Below are positions 9,825-18,394 of a stretch of 37,415 nucleotides of DNA, piece after piece. A program made the position numbers and the translations under genes. The notes beneath the pieces were generated by a model. That model ran no database searches and was not told where the DNA came from. It was given only the letters and a program-made list of their open reading frames with translations. The DNA is taken from positions 1 through 37,415 of the forward strand of contig ONLJ01000012.1 of NCBI GenBank assembly GCA_900318605.1, in the 5' to 3' direction. The stretch comes from an uncultured Rhodospirillaceae bacterium. Lineage in GTDB: Bacteria; Pseudomonadota; Alphaproteobacteria; RF32; CAG-239. The stretch's first letter is position 1. Each line of letters opens with the position of its first letter.

Positions 9825-10871
9825 TTATTTTTTATTTGCTCTGAATGAACGTCCGTTTACGATTCCGTTGAGAATGATATTTTCCTTTTCATATTTATGC
9901 GGATTTGGTAAAATTATTCGGTTAGGTTCATCTTTTTCAAAATAATGAGAGAGATAATCGGTTTTTAATTTTTTCTCCAAAAAAGAGAAGCCATAAACAT
10001 CAAAATCTATTCCCCACTTATATAAGGTATAAATAACAGCAAAACCGGTAGATGGAAAAATTTTATAAATATATCCGATTTCTTTATAAGCAACAGGATC
10101 AAGTTCACTGTAAGGAATTTTTCTCTCAATCATATTCCGATAAAAAATATCCAAATGATCATCAGTAAGCACCGGTATTTCATTATAATTAACAGCAACC
10201 GCTGCGTATAAATATTCATGATTTAAAGTTTTATCTTCAACAGCCTTGTCGCCGAAACCATGAATCCAGACGTCGGTTTTTTTGCCGTAATCCTTCTCAT
10301 AATTTTCGGTTCGATAATTATTCATTCTGATTACTATATCATGCGAATCTATTTCTTCACCTGAGTTTTTACCTATTTCAAAATCAGAATTTCCGACAAC
10401 TGCTACGGTCTTTCCTTTCAAAAGATTGTATAAAGTTTTATCTTTTTTGGCTTCTTCAAACCTTTGAAAAATCTCCGCCGATTTTTTTATTTCCGGAGTT
10501 ATAATACCGATTTTGAGGCAATAGTCTGAAAGTCGGAGATAATACTTAAATTTATTCAAAGCTATATTGCTTTGAGCTAATTTATGCAATATTTTATCTG
10601 CTTTCTTAGTTTGATTTTTATCAAGCAATAGCAAAGAATATTTAATCCAAAAATCTGCTTGAGAAGGATTTACACGTTTCAAAAAAGTTGCCTTATTAAA
10701 TTTTTCAAGCAATGTTTCATTATTTTCATAATGGTAGGAGTATTTTTTTGAAAGTTCTTCTGCAGTTTCATCTGGTACAAAGCTAAAAATGTTATCGTAT
10801 GAAATATAACCGGCTACAATAAAAAGAGAAAACAAAACACAAATTATATAATCTTTGTATTTTTTAAGCAT
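9825..10871 (-). CDS. GT29-family (eukaryote-type) sialyltransferase-like protein with N-terminal membrane anchor
   Basis: Sialylmotif L (VAVVGNS...GEEIDSHDIVIRMN...YEKDYGKKT), S (PSTG...DVYGF), III (HYFE) and VS (HKYEKE); N-terminal hydrophobic helix. Confidence 0.85.
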   Translation of the reverse strand: MLKKYKDYIICVLFSLFIVAGYISYDNIFSFVPDETAEELSKKYSYHYENNETLLEKFNKATFLKRVNPSQADFWIKYSLLLLDKNQTKKADKILHKLAQSNIALNKFKYYLRLSDYCLKIGIITPEIKKSAEIFQRFEEAKKDKTLYNLLKGKTVAVVGNSDFEIGKNSGEEIDSHDIVIRMNNYRTENYEKDYGKKTDVWIHGFGDKAVEDKTLNHEYLYAAVAVNYNEIPVLTDDHLDIFYRNMIERKIPYSELDPVAYKEIGYIYKIFPSTGFAVIYTLYKWGIDFDVYGFSFLEKKLKTDYLSHYFEKDEPNRIILPNPHKYEKENIILNGIVNGRSFRANKK

Positions 10872-12141
10872 ATTTTTTGCTCCTCAGAAGAGTTATTAAA
10901 CATAAAAAGATTGCAACAATCCAAAACAAAGTCCACTCGAAACAATTTTCGCCGGCACCTTCAAACCACCGAGAAAAAGAAATTTTTTCAAACAGTGATA
11001 ATATCCCTCCGGCACAGATTCCGGAGATTACGGCAGCAAATGATTTGCAAACATTGATAACCGAAATAAAAGTTGCAGCATCTTCTTCAGATACATGTCT
11101 TAGTGGTAGATTGTTTAAGGTTAATTTAACCGAGAAACCGGAAAAACCGATTAAAATATTGGCAACAATCAAAAGAACACAAGATAAAATAAAGGAAGTA
11201 TAAATACTTAAAATAAATAGCAAAATACAAATAGAAAAGACCGATAATCCTAAAGTTAAAGTTGTTTTATAATCCTTTCTGTCGGCTACCATCCCCCAGT
11301 ACCTTGATGATAAAATATACGAAAGCTGTGACAGCACCGTTAATAAAATAACAGATGTTGTCGAAAATGATAAATATTTTAACATAAAGGCGGTAAAAAA
11401 TGGTGTGGCGAAACAGGTTGAAAAATTCAACAAACTCATAAAATAAGTTAAATTTCGAATTTTTTCGTTTTTAAAACTTGCATATAATTTTTTATAAAAA
11501 GGAATATTTTCTTTTATAACTACTTTTATATCGTAAACTCTTGTAAAAGTGTAAACACTATACATTCCTACCAAAAACGATAAAGATAATAAGAAAGAAT
11601 AAGCAAAAATAGATTGTTGCGGATAGTTTTTATCAATATAATAAATCAGAACAGCTCCGAAAAGACTGCAAACCATTTGAGCAATCATCATGTATTTCAT
11701 TCTTAATGAGAAAAATTTACCTAAGATTTTTTGCGGAATAATATATTTCATCCACGGATACCATGCTCCGCCGGCAATTCCTCCGCATAAATAGGTAAGG
11801 GAAAAACAAATCAACAGAAGAGGTAATGCGTAAGAAGAATTATTAAAAAAAGCAAGCACTGCTGCTATTAAATAACATTGCCGTGAAATTAGGGAAGAAA
11901 CTATCGACATTTTTCGCGGCGAATATTTTTTATTTAACAAATAAGCGGCAAACAGATGCATTAAACTGCCGACATAGACAATACTTCCGAGAAAACCTAT
12001 TGCGATGTTTCCGGCATTAAACATTAATGCGTAAGCAATTAAAAATGGGCCGGTAGCAAAAGTATTCATTGCTTCGGTTGCAATACCGCCATAAATAACA
12101 TTATGCAAAGATTCGTTTTGATTCGGCTCTTTTTTTTGCAT
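10864..12141 (-). CDS. MFS transporter, substrate unknown
   Basis: About 12 hydrophobic segments in 2x6 arrangement; MFS motif A-like WGMVADRKDYK. Confidence 0.88.
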   Translation of the reverse strand: MQKKEPNQNESLHNVIYGGIATEAMNTFATGPFLIAYALMFNAGNIAIGFLGSIVYVGSLMHLFAAYLLNKKYSPRKMSIVSSLISRQCYLIAAVLAFFNNSSYALPLLLICFSLTYLCGGIAGGAWYPWMKYIIPQKILGKFFSLRMKYMMIAQMVCSLFGAVLIYYIDKNYPQQSIFAYSFLLSLSFLVGMYSVYTFTRVYDIKVVIKENIPFYKKLYASFKNEKIRNLTYFMSLLNFSTCFATPFFTAFMLKYLSFSTTSVILLTVLSQLSYILSSRYWGMVADRKDYKTTLTLGLSVFSICILLFILSIYTSFILSCVLLIVANILIGFSGFSVKLTLNNLPLRHVSEEDAATFISVINVCKSFAAVISGICAGGILSLFEKISFSRWFEGAGENCFEWTLFWIVAIFLCLITLLRSKKYA

Positions 12142-12144
12142 TTT

Positions 12145-13659
12145 TTATTTCCTTTTATAAATGCCTAAATCATTTATCTTTGTATAGTGTTCATCAATCC
12201 AAGCATCATCAACATTCCAATAATCAAAATTAACACTGATTATTTTTGAACGAAGCTGAGGATGTTCTACTAATTTATTTATTATTTTAGCATTCCGTTT
12301 TCCTATCCCTATGTTTTTAAACATAACGATATTTTCCGGCAAGGCGATGGCAGAATCTCTCAAAGGATAAATCAAATAATCCGGTTTTGTTTGTCTTAAA
12401 TACTCATTAAAATCAAAGTAATGATTAGGAGTATAAAGAATATCAATAATAGCAGCATCAAAAAATCCGAACCAATGATAATCAAAAGGTTTCTTGAAAA
12501 TAGCATAAGGATATCTGGTTAAAGGTGCAAAACTGTTTTTTTCCGATATATTATTGTTTATCCAATCGATTGTTTTCAATTCCTTTTGATAAGCAATTCT
12601 ATCCATTTTATCCGGATAGTTGCTTAATATTCCGGCTAAGGTAATCAGTAGAAAACAAAGAGTTGCGAATGTATGCTTAAAAATCTTAACATCAAGGCAA
12701 AATTTTCCTAAATAGATGGATGCTAATATGAAATAAGGAATAGTATAATGGTAGTAAGGAGCAAATAAAATAAGAGAGATAAAACTACAACCAAGCGGAA
12801 CAAAAATAATCATAGATTTAAGAGAAAATGAACAATTTTTTAATATTATCGCAAAAGAAACATAAAGTAAAAAAGTTAAAACACGAGAAATTTTCATCGT
12901 ATTGTCGTAATATTCCGTTAAGTAAGTATTAAAAGTAAAATTATAATAAAACCATTCAAAAAAAATTCCGTTGTAAACAGAATAAATCAGAAACAAAATC
13001 AGAGGTATTGAGCCGATGGTTGCAGATATAAAAAAGTCTTTGAAAAGAAGTTTTCTTTTATAAAGCAAATACAGGTTAACAAGTCCGAATCCGAATATCA
13101 TGAAAATTATTTTTTGCAAAAACAAAAAAGAAACTGAAAGTAAAAAATAACACATCGCCAGCTTAAATATTTTTCTTTCTTCCAAATAGGAATAGAATAA
13201 ATAAATTGCACCTAGAAAGCTCAACATCATAAAAATATCGGGACGAATACTAATGATATCATACCAAATCGGAATTGCAATCAGTAAAATCGTTGAATAA
13301 AGAGCGGCCTTTTTGCCGAATAAAAATTTTTCATTGATTTTATAGCTAAGATAAATACAGGAAAAGTATCCTGCAGTCGCTAAAAACCGAACAAGCGGGA
13401 TAATAATAAGATTACCTTTCAATAAACCGGTAATAGGCGCCAACATAAACCATAAAAGCGGATTATGATGTTCAAAAAAATCTTTGTAAGGAAGAAGACC
13501 TTCATAAACAAAAAAAGAAGCGCTCAAATGTTCGAGCATATCAACTAATACACCATGTGAATAAAAAATATTATACACCGAAAGGCCGGTAAAAATCGCT
13601 AAGAATACAAATAAAATAAAATTAAGATTTTCACTTAAAAAGGTATTTTTCAGTTTCAT
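12145..13659 (-). CDS. GT-C fold membrane glycosyltransferase (ArnT/PMT-like)
   Basis: First loop DMLEH...G.LPYKDFFEHHNPL, IRPD motif, about 12 TM helices and a soluble C-terminal domain. Confidence 0.75.
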   Translation of the reverse strand: MKLKNTFLSENLNFILFVFLAIFTGLSVYNIFYSHGVLVDMLEHLSASFFVYEGLLPYKDFFEHHNPLLWFMLAPITGLLKGNLIIIPLVRFLATAGYFSCIYLSYKINEKFLFGKKAALYSTILLIAIPIWYDIISIRPDIFMMLSFLGAIYLFYSYLEERKIFKLAMCYFLLSVSFLFLQKIIFMIFGFGLVNLYLLYKRKLLFKDFFISATIGSIPLILFLIYSVYNGIFFEWFYYNFTFNTYLTEYYDNTMKISRVLTFLLYVSFAIILKNCSFSLKSMIIFVPLGCSFISLILFAPYYHYTIPYFILASIYLGKFCLDVKIFKHTFATLCFLLITLAGILSNYPDKMDRIAYQKELKTIDWINNNISEKNSFAPLTRYPYAIFKKPFDYHWFGFFDAAIIDILYTPNHYFDFNEYLRQTKPDYLIYPLRDSAIALPENIVMFKNIGIGKRNAKIINKLVEHPQLRSKIISVNFDYWNVDDAWIDEHYTKINDLGIYKRK

Positions 13660-13689
13660 TTATAAGTCCTTACTAAAACACTCTGCGGC

Positions 13690-13719
13690 AATATAAGCGA
13701 AAAAAAATAAAAAAGTCAA
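13690..13719 (-). promoter_or_regulatory. Putative sigma70 promoter of the GT-C/MFS/GT29 operon
   Basis: TTGACT - 18 bp - TATATT upstream of RBS TAAGGA and ATG at 13659. Confidence 0.55.
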
Positions 13720-13728
13720 TAATTTATT

Positions 13729-14514
13729 TCACTCACATTTAATTTGAGTTATGGATTTTGCCAGTCCGGTAGCATCATCGGTTTCGACGATAATTCCGAA
13801 AATCGTACCGTTTCCGGTTGAAGGAATAAGTCTGTCATCGGTATAACGGCGCAGCAATCTGTTAATCGGTGCTTTTTTATCAAAACCCAAAATCGAGTTA
13901 TAATCTCCGCACATACCGACATCAGTAATATAAGCGCTACCGTTAGGTAAAACTCTGGCATCAGAGGTTGGAACATGGGTATGAGTTCCGGCAACACAAG
14001 ATACTCTACCATCAAGATAATATCCCAAAGAAAGCTTTTCAGAAGTTGCTTCGGCATGAACATCCACAAAAACAGCGGCGCAATTCTTACCCAAGGTGTA
14101 GTTCTTCAATATCTTATCAACCGCATGTGCCGGACAATCAACCGCTTCCATATATAAACGACCTAAAACCTGAATTATTACGATTTTTCTACCATCGGGA
14201 AGTTCAAATTCGCAATAACCACGTCCGACATTTTCCTCCGGAATATTCGCCGGTCTTACAATAACTTTACATTCATCTAAAAAACGAGTAATTTCCCGCT
14301 GGCTCAAAAAATGATTGCCGGTAATCAGGACATCAGCTCCTTTTTCTAAAAACTCGCGGCAAATTCCCGGTGTAACCCCGAAACCATGGGCGGCGTTTTC
14401 AACATTTACCAGTGTTACGTCAACATTATACTCTTCCTTCAGAGTTTTCAAATTTTCATAAACAACGTCCCTTCCGGCACGAGCTACCACATCTCCGCAA
14501 TATAAAATCCTCAT
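13729..14514 (-). CDS. ymdB: YmdB/TIGR00282-family metallophosphoesterase
   Basis: LYCGDVV, NVENAAHG, ITGNH, VDVHAEATSEK, GTHTHVPT, YITDVGMCG. Confidence 0.93.
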   Translation of the reverse strand: MRILYCGDVVARAGRDVVYENLKTLKEEYNVDVTLVNVENAAHGFGVTPGICREFLEKGADVLITGNHFLSQREITRFLDECKVIVRPANIPEENVGRGYCEFELPDGRKIVIIQVLGRLYMEAVDCPAHAVDKILKNYTLGKNCAAVFVDVHAEATSEKLSLGYYLDGRVSCVAGTHTHVPTSDARVLPNGSAYITDVGMCGDYNSILGFDKKAPINRLLRRYTDDRLIPSTGNGTIFGIIVETDDATGLAKSITQIKCE

Positions 14515-14628
14515 TTTTTTTCCTTTCGGCCGGCATTATAACAATTTGCAAAATTTATGCAATATTTTATTTAAATCTTAATTTTTTTGCCTTAGACTGA
14601 ACGTAATTTTGATTGAAAGGTTTTATTG

Positions 14629-15012
14629 ATGAAAATATTAAAACTGCTTTGTTTTGTCTTTTCGGCTTTAATGATTCTTTTTGCCGCTGAAGCGAGAACA
14701 TTATCGGAGAAGTATCCGTCGTTATATAACAACGAGTGGGAAAAAAAGGTCAAACTGACACAGTTTCAGATTGATAAAATTAAAACCATTCGTGATGCCA
14801 ATCAGGAAAAAATGAACATTCTCCTGATGGAAATGGAAACGATTCGTCATGAAATGGCGGCTTTGATTGAGGAAAATGACGAGCAAATCCGCGAGGTTCT
14901 GTCGGAAAAACAAAAAGTAAAATTCGATATGTATCAATATCAACAAAAACGCCAGAGAAACGAACATAAAGGCGAAGAAAAACCAAGCCGCAAAAAAATG
15001 CGCGTTTATTGA
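14629..15012 (+). CDS. Exported helical protein, Spy/CpxP (LTxxQ)-like
   Basis: Signal peptide (..AAEA), LTQFQ and LSEKQ motifs; ATG at 14629 follows AAAGG. Confidence 0.7.
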   Translation: MKILKLLCFVFSALMILFAAEARTLSEKYPSLYNNEWEKKVKLTQFQIDKIKTIRDANQEKMNILLMEMETIRHEMAALIEENDEQIREVLSEKQKVKFDMYQYQQKRQRNEHKGEEKPSRKKMRVY

Positions 15013-15082
15013 TATAAAAAAGGTTGAATTTATAGGTTACTTTATATAGAATTATGAGAAAGCCAGAAAAATGGAGAAGGTT

Positions 15083-15712
15083 ATGAAATTTTGTTTGTTA
15101 TCTTTTGTCAGTGCATTACTTATCGTCTCAGGCGGTTTAGCTGGTGCTGAGGAATCTGTTCAAACTCCGAATGAACCGCAAAAAGAAGCACAGGATTCTC
15201 AAGTTCAGGAGCAAAATACTGAAAATTCAGAGGACGAATTCATAACCGATGAAGAAAGAATAAAACAAAAAATAGCAAACAATAACTACTCTTTGAGTTA
15301 TTTTACCCAACGCATGGATTTGACTTTAGAGCAGCTTGATGAAGCAAAAAAATTAAGCGAAGAAGACAAAATGAAGCGCGAATCATTGCTTAAATCGATT
15401 TATATGCTTCGTGACCAATCTCGTGAGCTGGAGCAGGAAAGTCTTGATAATTTCAGGAATTTACTTACTGCCGAGCAGTTGGCCGTTTTTGAAGAATTGA
15501 GAGAAGAACAGCTGGAATATCGGGCAAATTATGACGTTCTTGAAGGCAACCTGAAAACTCAGGTTGAAAAAGAACGAAGAATTATTGAAATTGATGCTAT
15601 GCAGCGAAAAGAAGAAGAAAAGAAACAGGAAGAACTTAAAAAGTTTGAAGAAGAACTTAAGCGAGAAGAAGATAATAACATCAAACACGGTCGTTGGCAG
15701 TTGTTTGATTAA
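15083..15712 (+). CDS. Exported helical protein, Spy/CpxP (LTxxQ)-like, with acidic extensions
   Basis: Signal peptide (..AGA), LTLEQ and LTAEQ motifs; start 15083 (RBS GGAGAAGG) or 15071. Confidence 0.7.
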   Translation: MKFCLLSFVSALLIVSGGLAGAEESVQTPNEPQKEAQDSQVQEQNTENSEDEFITDEERIKQKIANNNYSLSYFTQRMDLTLEQLDEAKKLSEEDKMKRESLLKSIYMLRDQSRELEQESLDNFRNLLTAEQLAVFEELREEQLEYRANYDVLEGNLKTQVEKERRIIEIDAMQRKEEEKKQEELKKFEEELKREEDNNIKHGRWQLFD

Positions 15713-15736
15713 AAAACTCAAGCAAAAAATAGAGAA

Positions 15737-15773
15737 AAAAATAACGGATACCTTTAAGGTACCCGTTATTTTT
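15737..15773. terminator. Bidirectional intrinsic terminator between convergent genes
   Basis: AAAAATAACGG-ATACC...GGTAC-CCGTTATTTTT hairpin flanked by A and T runs. Confidence 0.85.
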
Positions 15774-17463
15774 AGAAGGTTAGCTTGTATCCGAGTTTCA
15801 TACCTAGGTCGATACCGCTCAGATTTTCGCTGACAAAATTGTCGTAATTCTCGACAGTTGTCTTTTTTCCGGCGTGATATCCGCCCAAGAATGAGGCAAA
15901 TACCTCATGGAGTTTACCGATAGACCATCCGGTTGACAGTTGCAGGTATCCGCGACCGCATAATTTCTTTGTGAAATCGCTGACATCGTCGCCGTCTTTT
16001 TTTCCTTTTAACAGTACTCCGTACTGTCCTAGACCGCCGTAAAGTTTAACACCCCAGAAGAATGGAGAATAGGGTTGTTTAACCTTGAAACCGGCGGAAA
16101 GAAGCAAAGACATGCTGTTATCTTTTAACTGCTTTTCTCCGGCCAAACCATAACTTAAGGTAGTACTTTTACTAACCTGAGTTATTTTTTCGAGTTCAGC
16201 CGTCAGTGTCATAGACTTTCTTCCGGTAAACATATATCCGGCAGAGAGGCTGGCCTGAAGTCTTTTTTCCTGCTTCAGCGGTTCAAAAGCTCCAAACTTA
16301 TAGCCTATGGCAAGACCTACGGACCAATCTGACGGGTCAAAGTCCTCATACATGAGTACCCAACCGTCAAAATTTAAGGCGTCGCTTGATGGTCTTATAG
16401 AGCGGATATATCGACCATAGAGAGCGGTGTATGTGTTTTTAGAGAAGTTTAAGCTTCCCCAAAGTTCAACACCGTACTTAAAGCCGAAAACGGATTTACC
16501 GATTACCGCATAATTCACTCCATTGCTGAAAAATGAATTGAACGGGGTAACTCCGTACCCGACCAGGGCATCTAATCCTACGGCAATATCATTGCCTATT
16601 TGGATTCCCGCTTTTCCCATGAAGCTTAAATAAGAACCTTGATCCTTCTCATACTTATAGGATACAAGTCCGCCCCATGACCAGCCGAAACCCAAAGGAT
16701 TAGGTTGCCAGTTGCCTTCTTCGTCTTCGGAACCATTTATGTATACATGGGAGTATTTTATTCCTCCTCCGTACTGGTTATTATTTTCGATTCCGATATC
16801 ATAATCTCCCCTATCGATTTGTTCAGCCGTTTCTTGGCTGAAGTTGTCGATATTTTTTCCGAAAGAACCGCTCAATTCCACAATATCGTAGGTTCTGAGC
16901 GATTTTCTCTCTTTTCGGAGAGAATAATCAGGTACGAAGGTCGAATCACGGGTAAACCTTATACCGCTGAACAGTGTTGCTGCTAAATCAACAGCTTCGA
17001 CGATATTCTCGTTAACACCGCTGCTCTTAGCGATTTGCTTTGCCAACTCTCTTTCTGTCCCGGGATGGTATCCTAGATGCTCTTGATTAAATTGAGCATA
17101 CTCCGGACTTAACTCCTCGGCAATAGAATTAGCAATCGTGGCTACCAGCGAAGCACCGGAACCGGCACTGGTCGTATCTTTTTCTGCCTGAGTAGCTTCA
17201 GCTTTCTCCACCGGCACGAATGTGTCGACGGAATCAGCTTGTTCTTCAGCTGAAGCATCAGGATTTTCTTCCTTTGCTTCCGCCATTTCCTTGTTGTCCA
17301 TTTTTAAGATAACGCTGTCATTGGCAACGATTATCTGATTGGGCAACACGCCGTCACAGGCAATTTCAATTTTTTGACCGCTTGAGGTCGTAATTGAAAT
17401 CTTCTGTGCCGATGCAGCCATTGTCGCTGACAACAGAAGCATCGTTATAAGAAATTTTTTCAT
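15772..17463 (-). CDS. Putative outer-membrane beta-barrel protein, Bacteroidota-like, probably two barrel domains
   Basis: Signal peptide MKKFLITMLLLSATMAASA-Q, alternating Gly/aromatic strands, terminal Phe (LGMKLGYKLTF). Confidence 0.75.
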   Translation of the reverse strand: MKKFLITMLLLSATMAASAQKISITTSSGQKIEIACDGVLPNQIIVANDSVILKMDNKEMAEAKEENPDASAEEQADSVDTFVPVEKAEATQAEKDTTSAGSGASLVATIANSIAEELSPEYAQFNQEHLGYHPGTERELAKQIAKSSGVNENIVEAVDLAATLFSGIRFTRDSTFVPDYSLRKERKSLRTYDIVELSGSFGKNIDNFSQETAEQIDRGDYDIGIENNNQYGGGIKYSHVYINGSEDEEGNWQPNPLGFGWSWGGLVSYKYEKDQGSYLSFMGKAGIQIGNDIAVGLDALVGYGVTPFNSFFSNGVNYAVIGKSVFGFKYGVELWGSLNFSKNTYTALYGRYIRSIRPSSDALNFDGWVLMYEDFDPSDWSVGLAIGYKFGAFEPLKQEKRLQASLSAGYMFTGRKSMTLTAELEKITQVSKSTTLSYGLAGEKQLKDNSMSLLLSAGFKVKQPYSPFFWGVKLYGGLGQYGVLLKGKKDGDDVSDFTKKLCGRGYLQLSTGWSIGKLHEVFASFLGGYHAGKKTTVENYDNFVSENLSGIDLGMKLGYKLTF

Positions 17464-17474
17464 AAGCTCTTTAT

Positions 17475-18173
17475 TTAAGATTCATTGTCGTTGCCGTTTT
17501 CGCCGTCGGTATTATCACCTTCGCCGTTACCATCTTCTCCACCTTCCGAATCATCATCTCCTTCAGAATCACCATCTCCTTCCGAATCATCATCTCCTTC
17601 ATCTTTTTCTCTTAAATCATCGATGTTATCTTTGAATTTTTCAGAGATGACAATGAAATTTTGTTGGTGTGTCCTTACAGGGATGTACCCGACAGTCAGG
17701 GTGTAATTTATATACCCGACCTGAAAGAAGTGTTGAGACTCAGGTTCCGACTTTTTTGTCGTGATAACCTTGACGAACAATCTGAGCGAATCCAGAGGCT
17801 CCAATTCTAAGTTATTACCTACATACTCGTAGGTAACCTTGGTGTTAGCAAAGGTTATCGGCAGTTCAGCGTCGTAATTATTCTCTAGGAGATAAATTTT
17901 GTTGTGATTTACGTAAATCACGCTTTCATCTACCTTGAGAGGCTCCTCTCCGACGAAAACCTGTTCACCGGAAGTGATAATCTTCCAGTCATCTTTGGTT
18001 ATTTCGTCGAAAATCAAATCAGCGATACCGCAGATTCTTAAGGTCACCGAATCTTTTGCCGTATAGCCGATCGGAAGAAAGTTATTATCTTCCGACATCG
18101 AAATTTTGTCCTCGCAAGAAGACACGACAGTTAGACCTATCAGCCCGACTATCCAAAACAAAGTTTTTTTCAT
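17475..18173 (-). CDS. Putative lipoprotein with acidic low-complexity tail
   Basis: Lipobox VVSS-C followed by EDK...SED; C-terminal EGDDDS repeats. Confidence 0.8.
   Translation of the reverse strand: MKKTLFWIVGLIGLTVVSSCEDKISMSEDNNFLPIGYTAKDSVTLRICGIADLIFDEITKDDWKIITSGEQVFVGEEPLKVDESVIYVNHNKIYLLENNYDAELPITFANTKVTYEYVGNNLELEPLDSLRLFVKVITTKKSEPESQHFFQVGYINYTLTVGYIPVRTHQQNFIVISEKFKDNIDDLREKDEGDDDSEGDGDSEGDDDSEGGEDGNGEGDNTDGENGNDNES
17542..17600. repeat. 18-bp tandem repeat x3 encoding EGD(D/G)DS
   Basis: ccttccgaatcatcatct / ccttcagaatcaccatct / ccttccgaatcatcatct then ccttc. Confidence 0.9.
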
Positions 18174-18303
18174 ACGCCTTATTTTTTTTGGTTTGACATC
18201 TTGTTTACAACAAAATCACGATCGGCTCGACAACTTTTTATGAAAAAAAAGCTACCTTCCTCTTTTGAATAATTCAAGCACTCATAATTTTGTTTCATTT
18301 TCC

Positions 18304-18331
18304 ATTATATGGATTTTTGTCAAAAAATCAA
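18304..18331 (-). promoter_or_regulatory. Putative sigma70 promoter of the lipoprotein-OMP unit
   Basis: TTGATT - 16 bp - TATAAT, preceded by phased T-tracts. Confidence 0.55.
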
Positions 18332-18351
18332 GCAAAAAAATGCAAAAAAAC

Positions 18352-18374
18352 AAAAAATCCCCGAAAATCGGGGA
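18352..18374 (-). terminator. Intrinsic terminator of accBC
   Basis: TCCCCGA-TTT-TCGGGGA followed by a T run on the minus strand. Confidence 0.85.
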
Positions 18375-18394
18375 AAAGTCAGTTTTTTTAGTTT

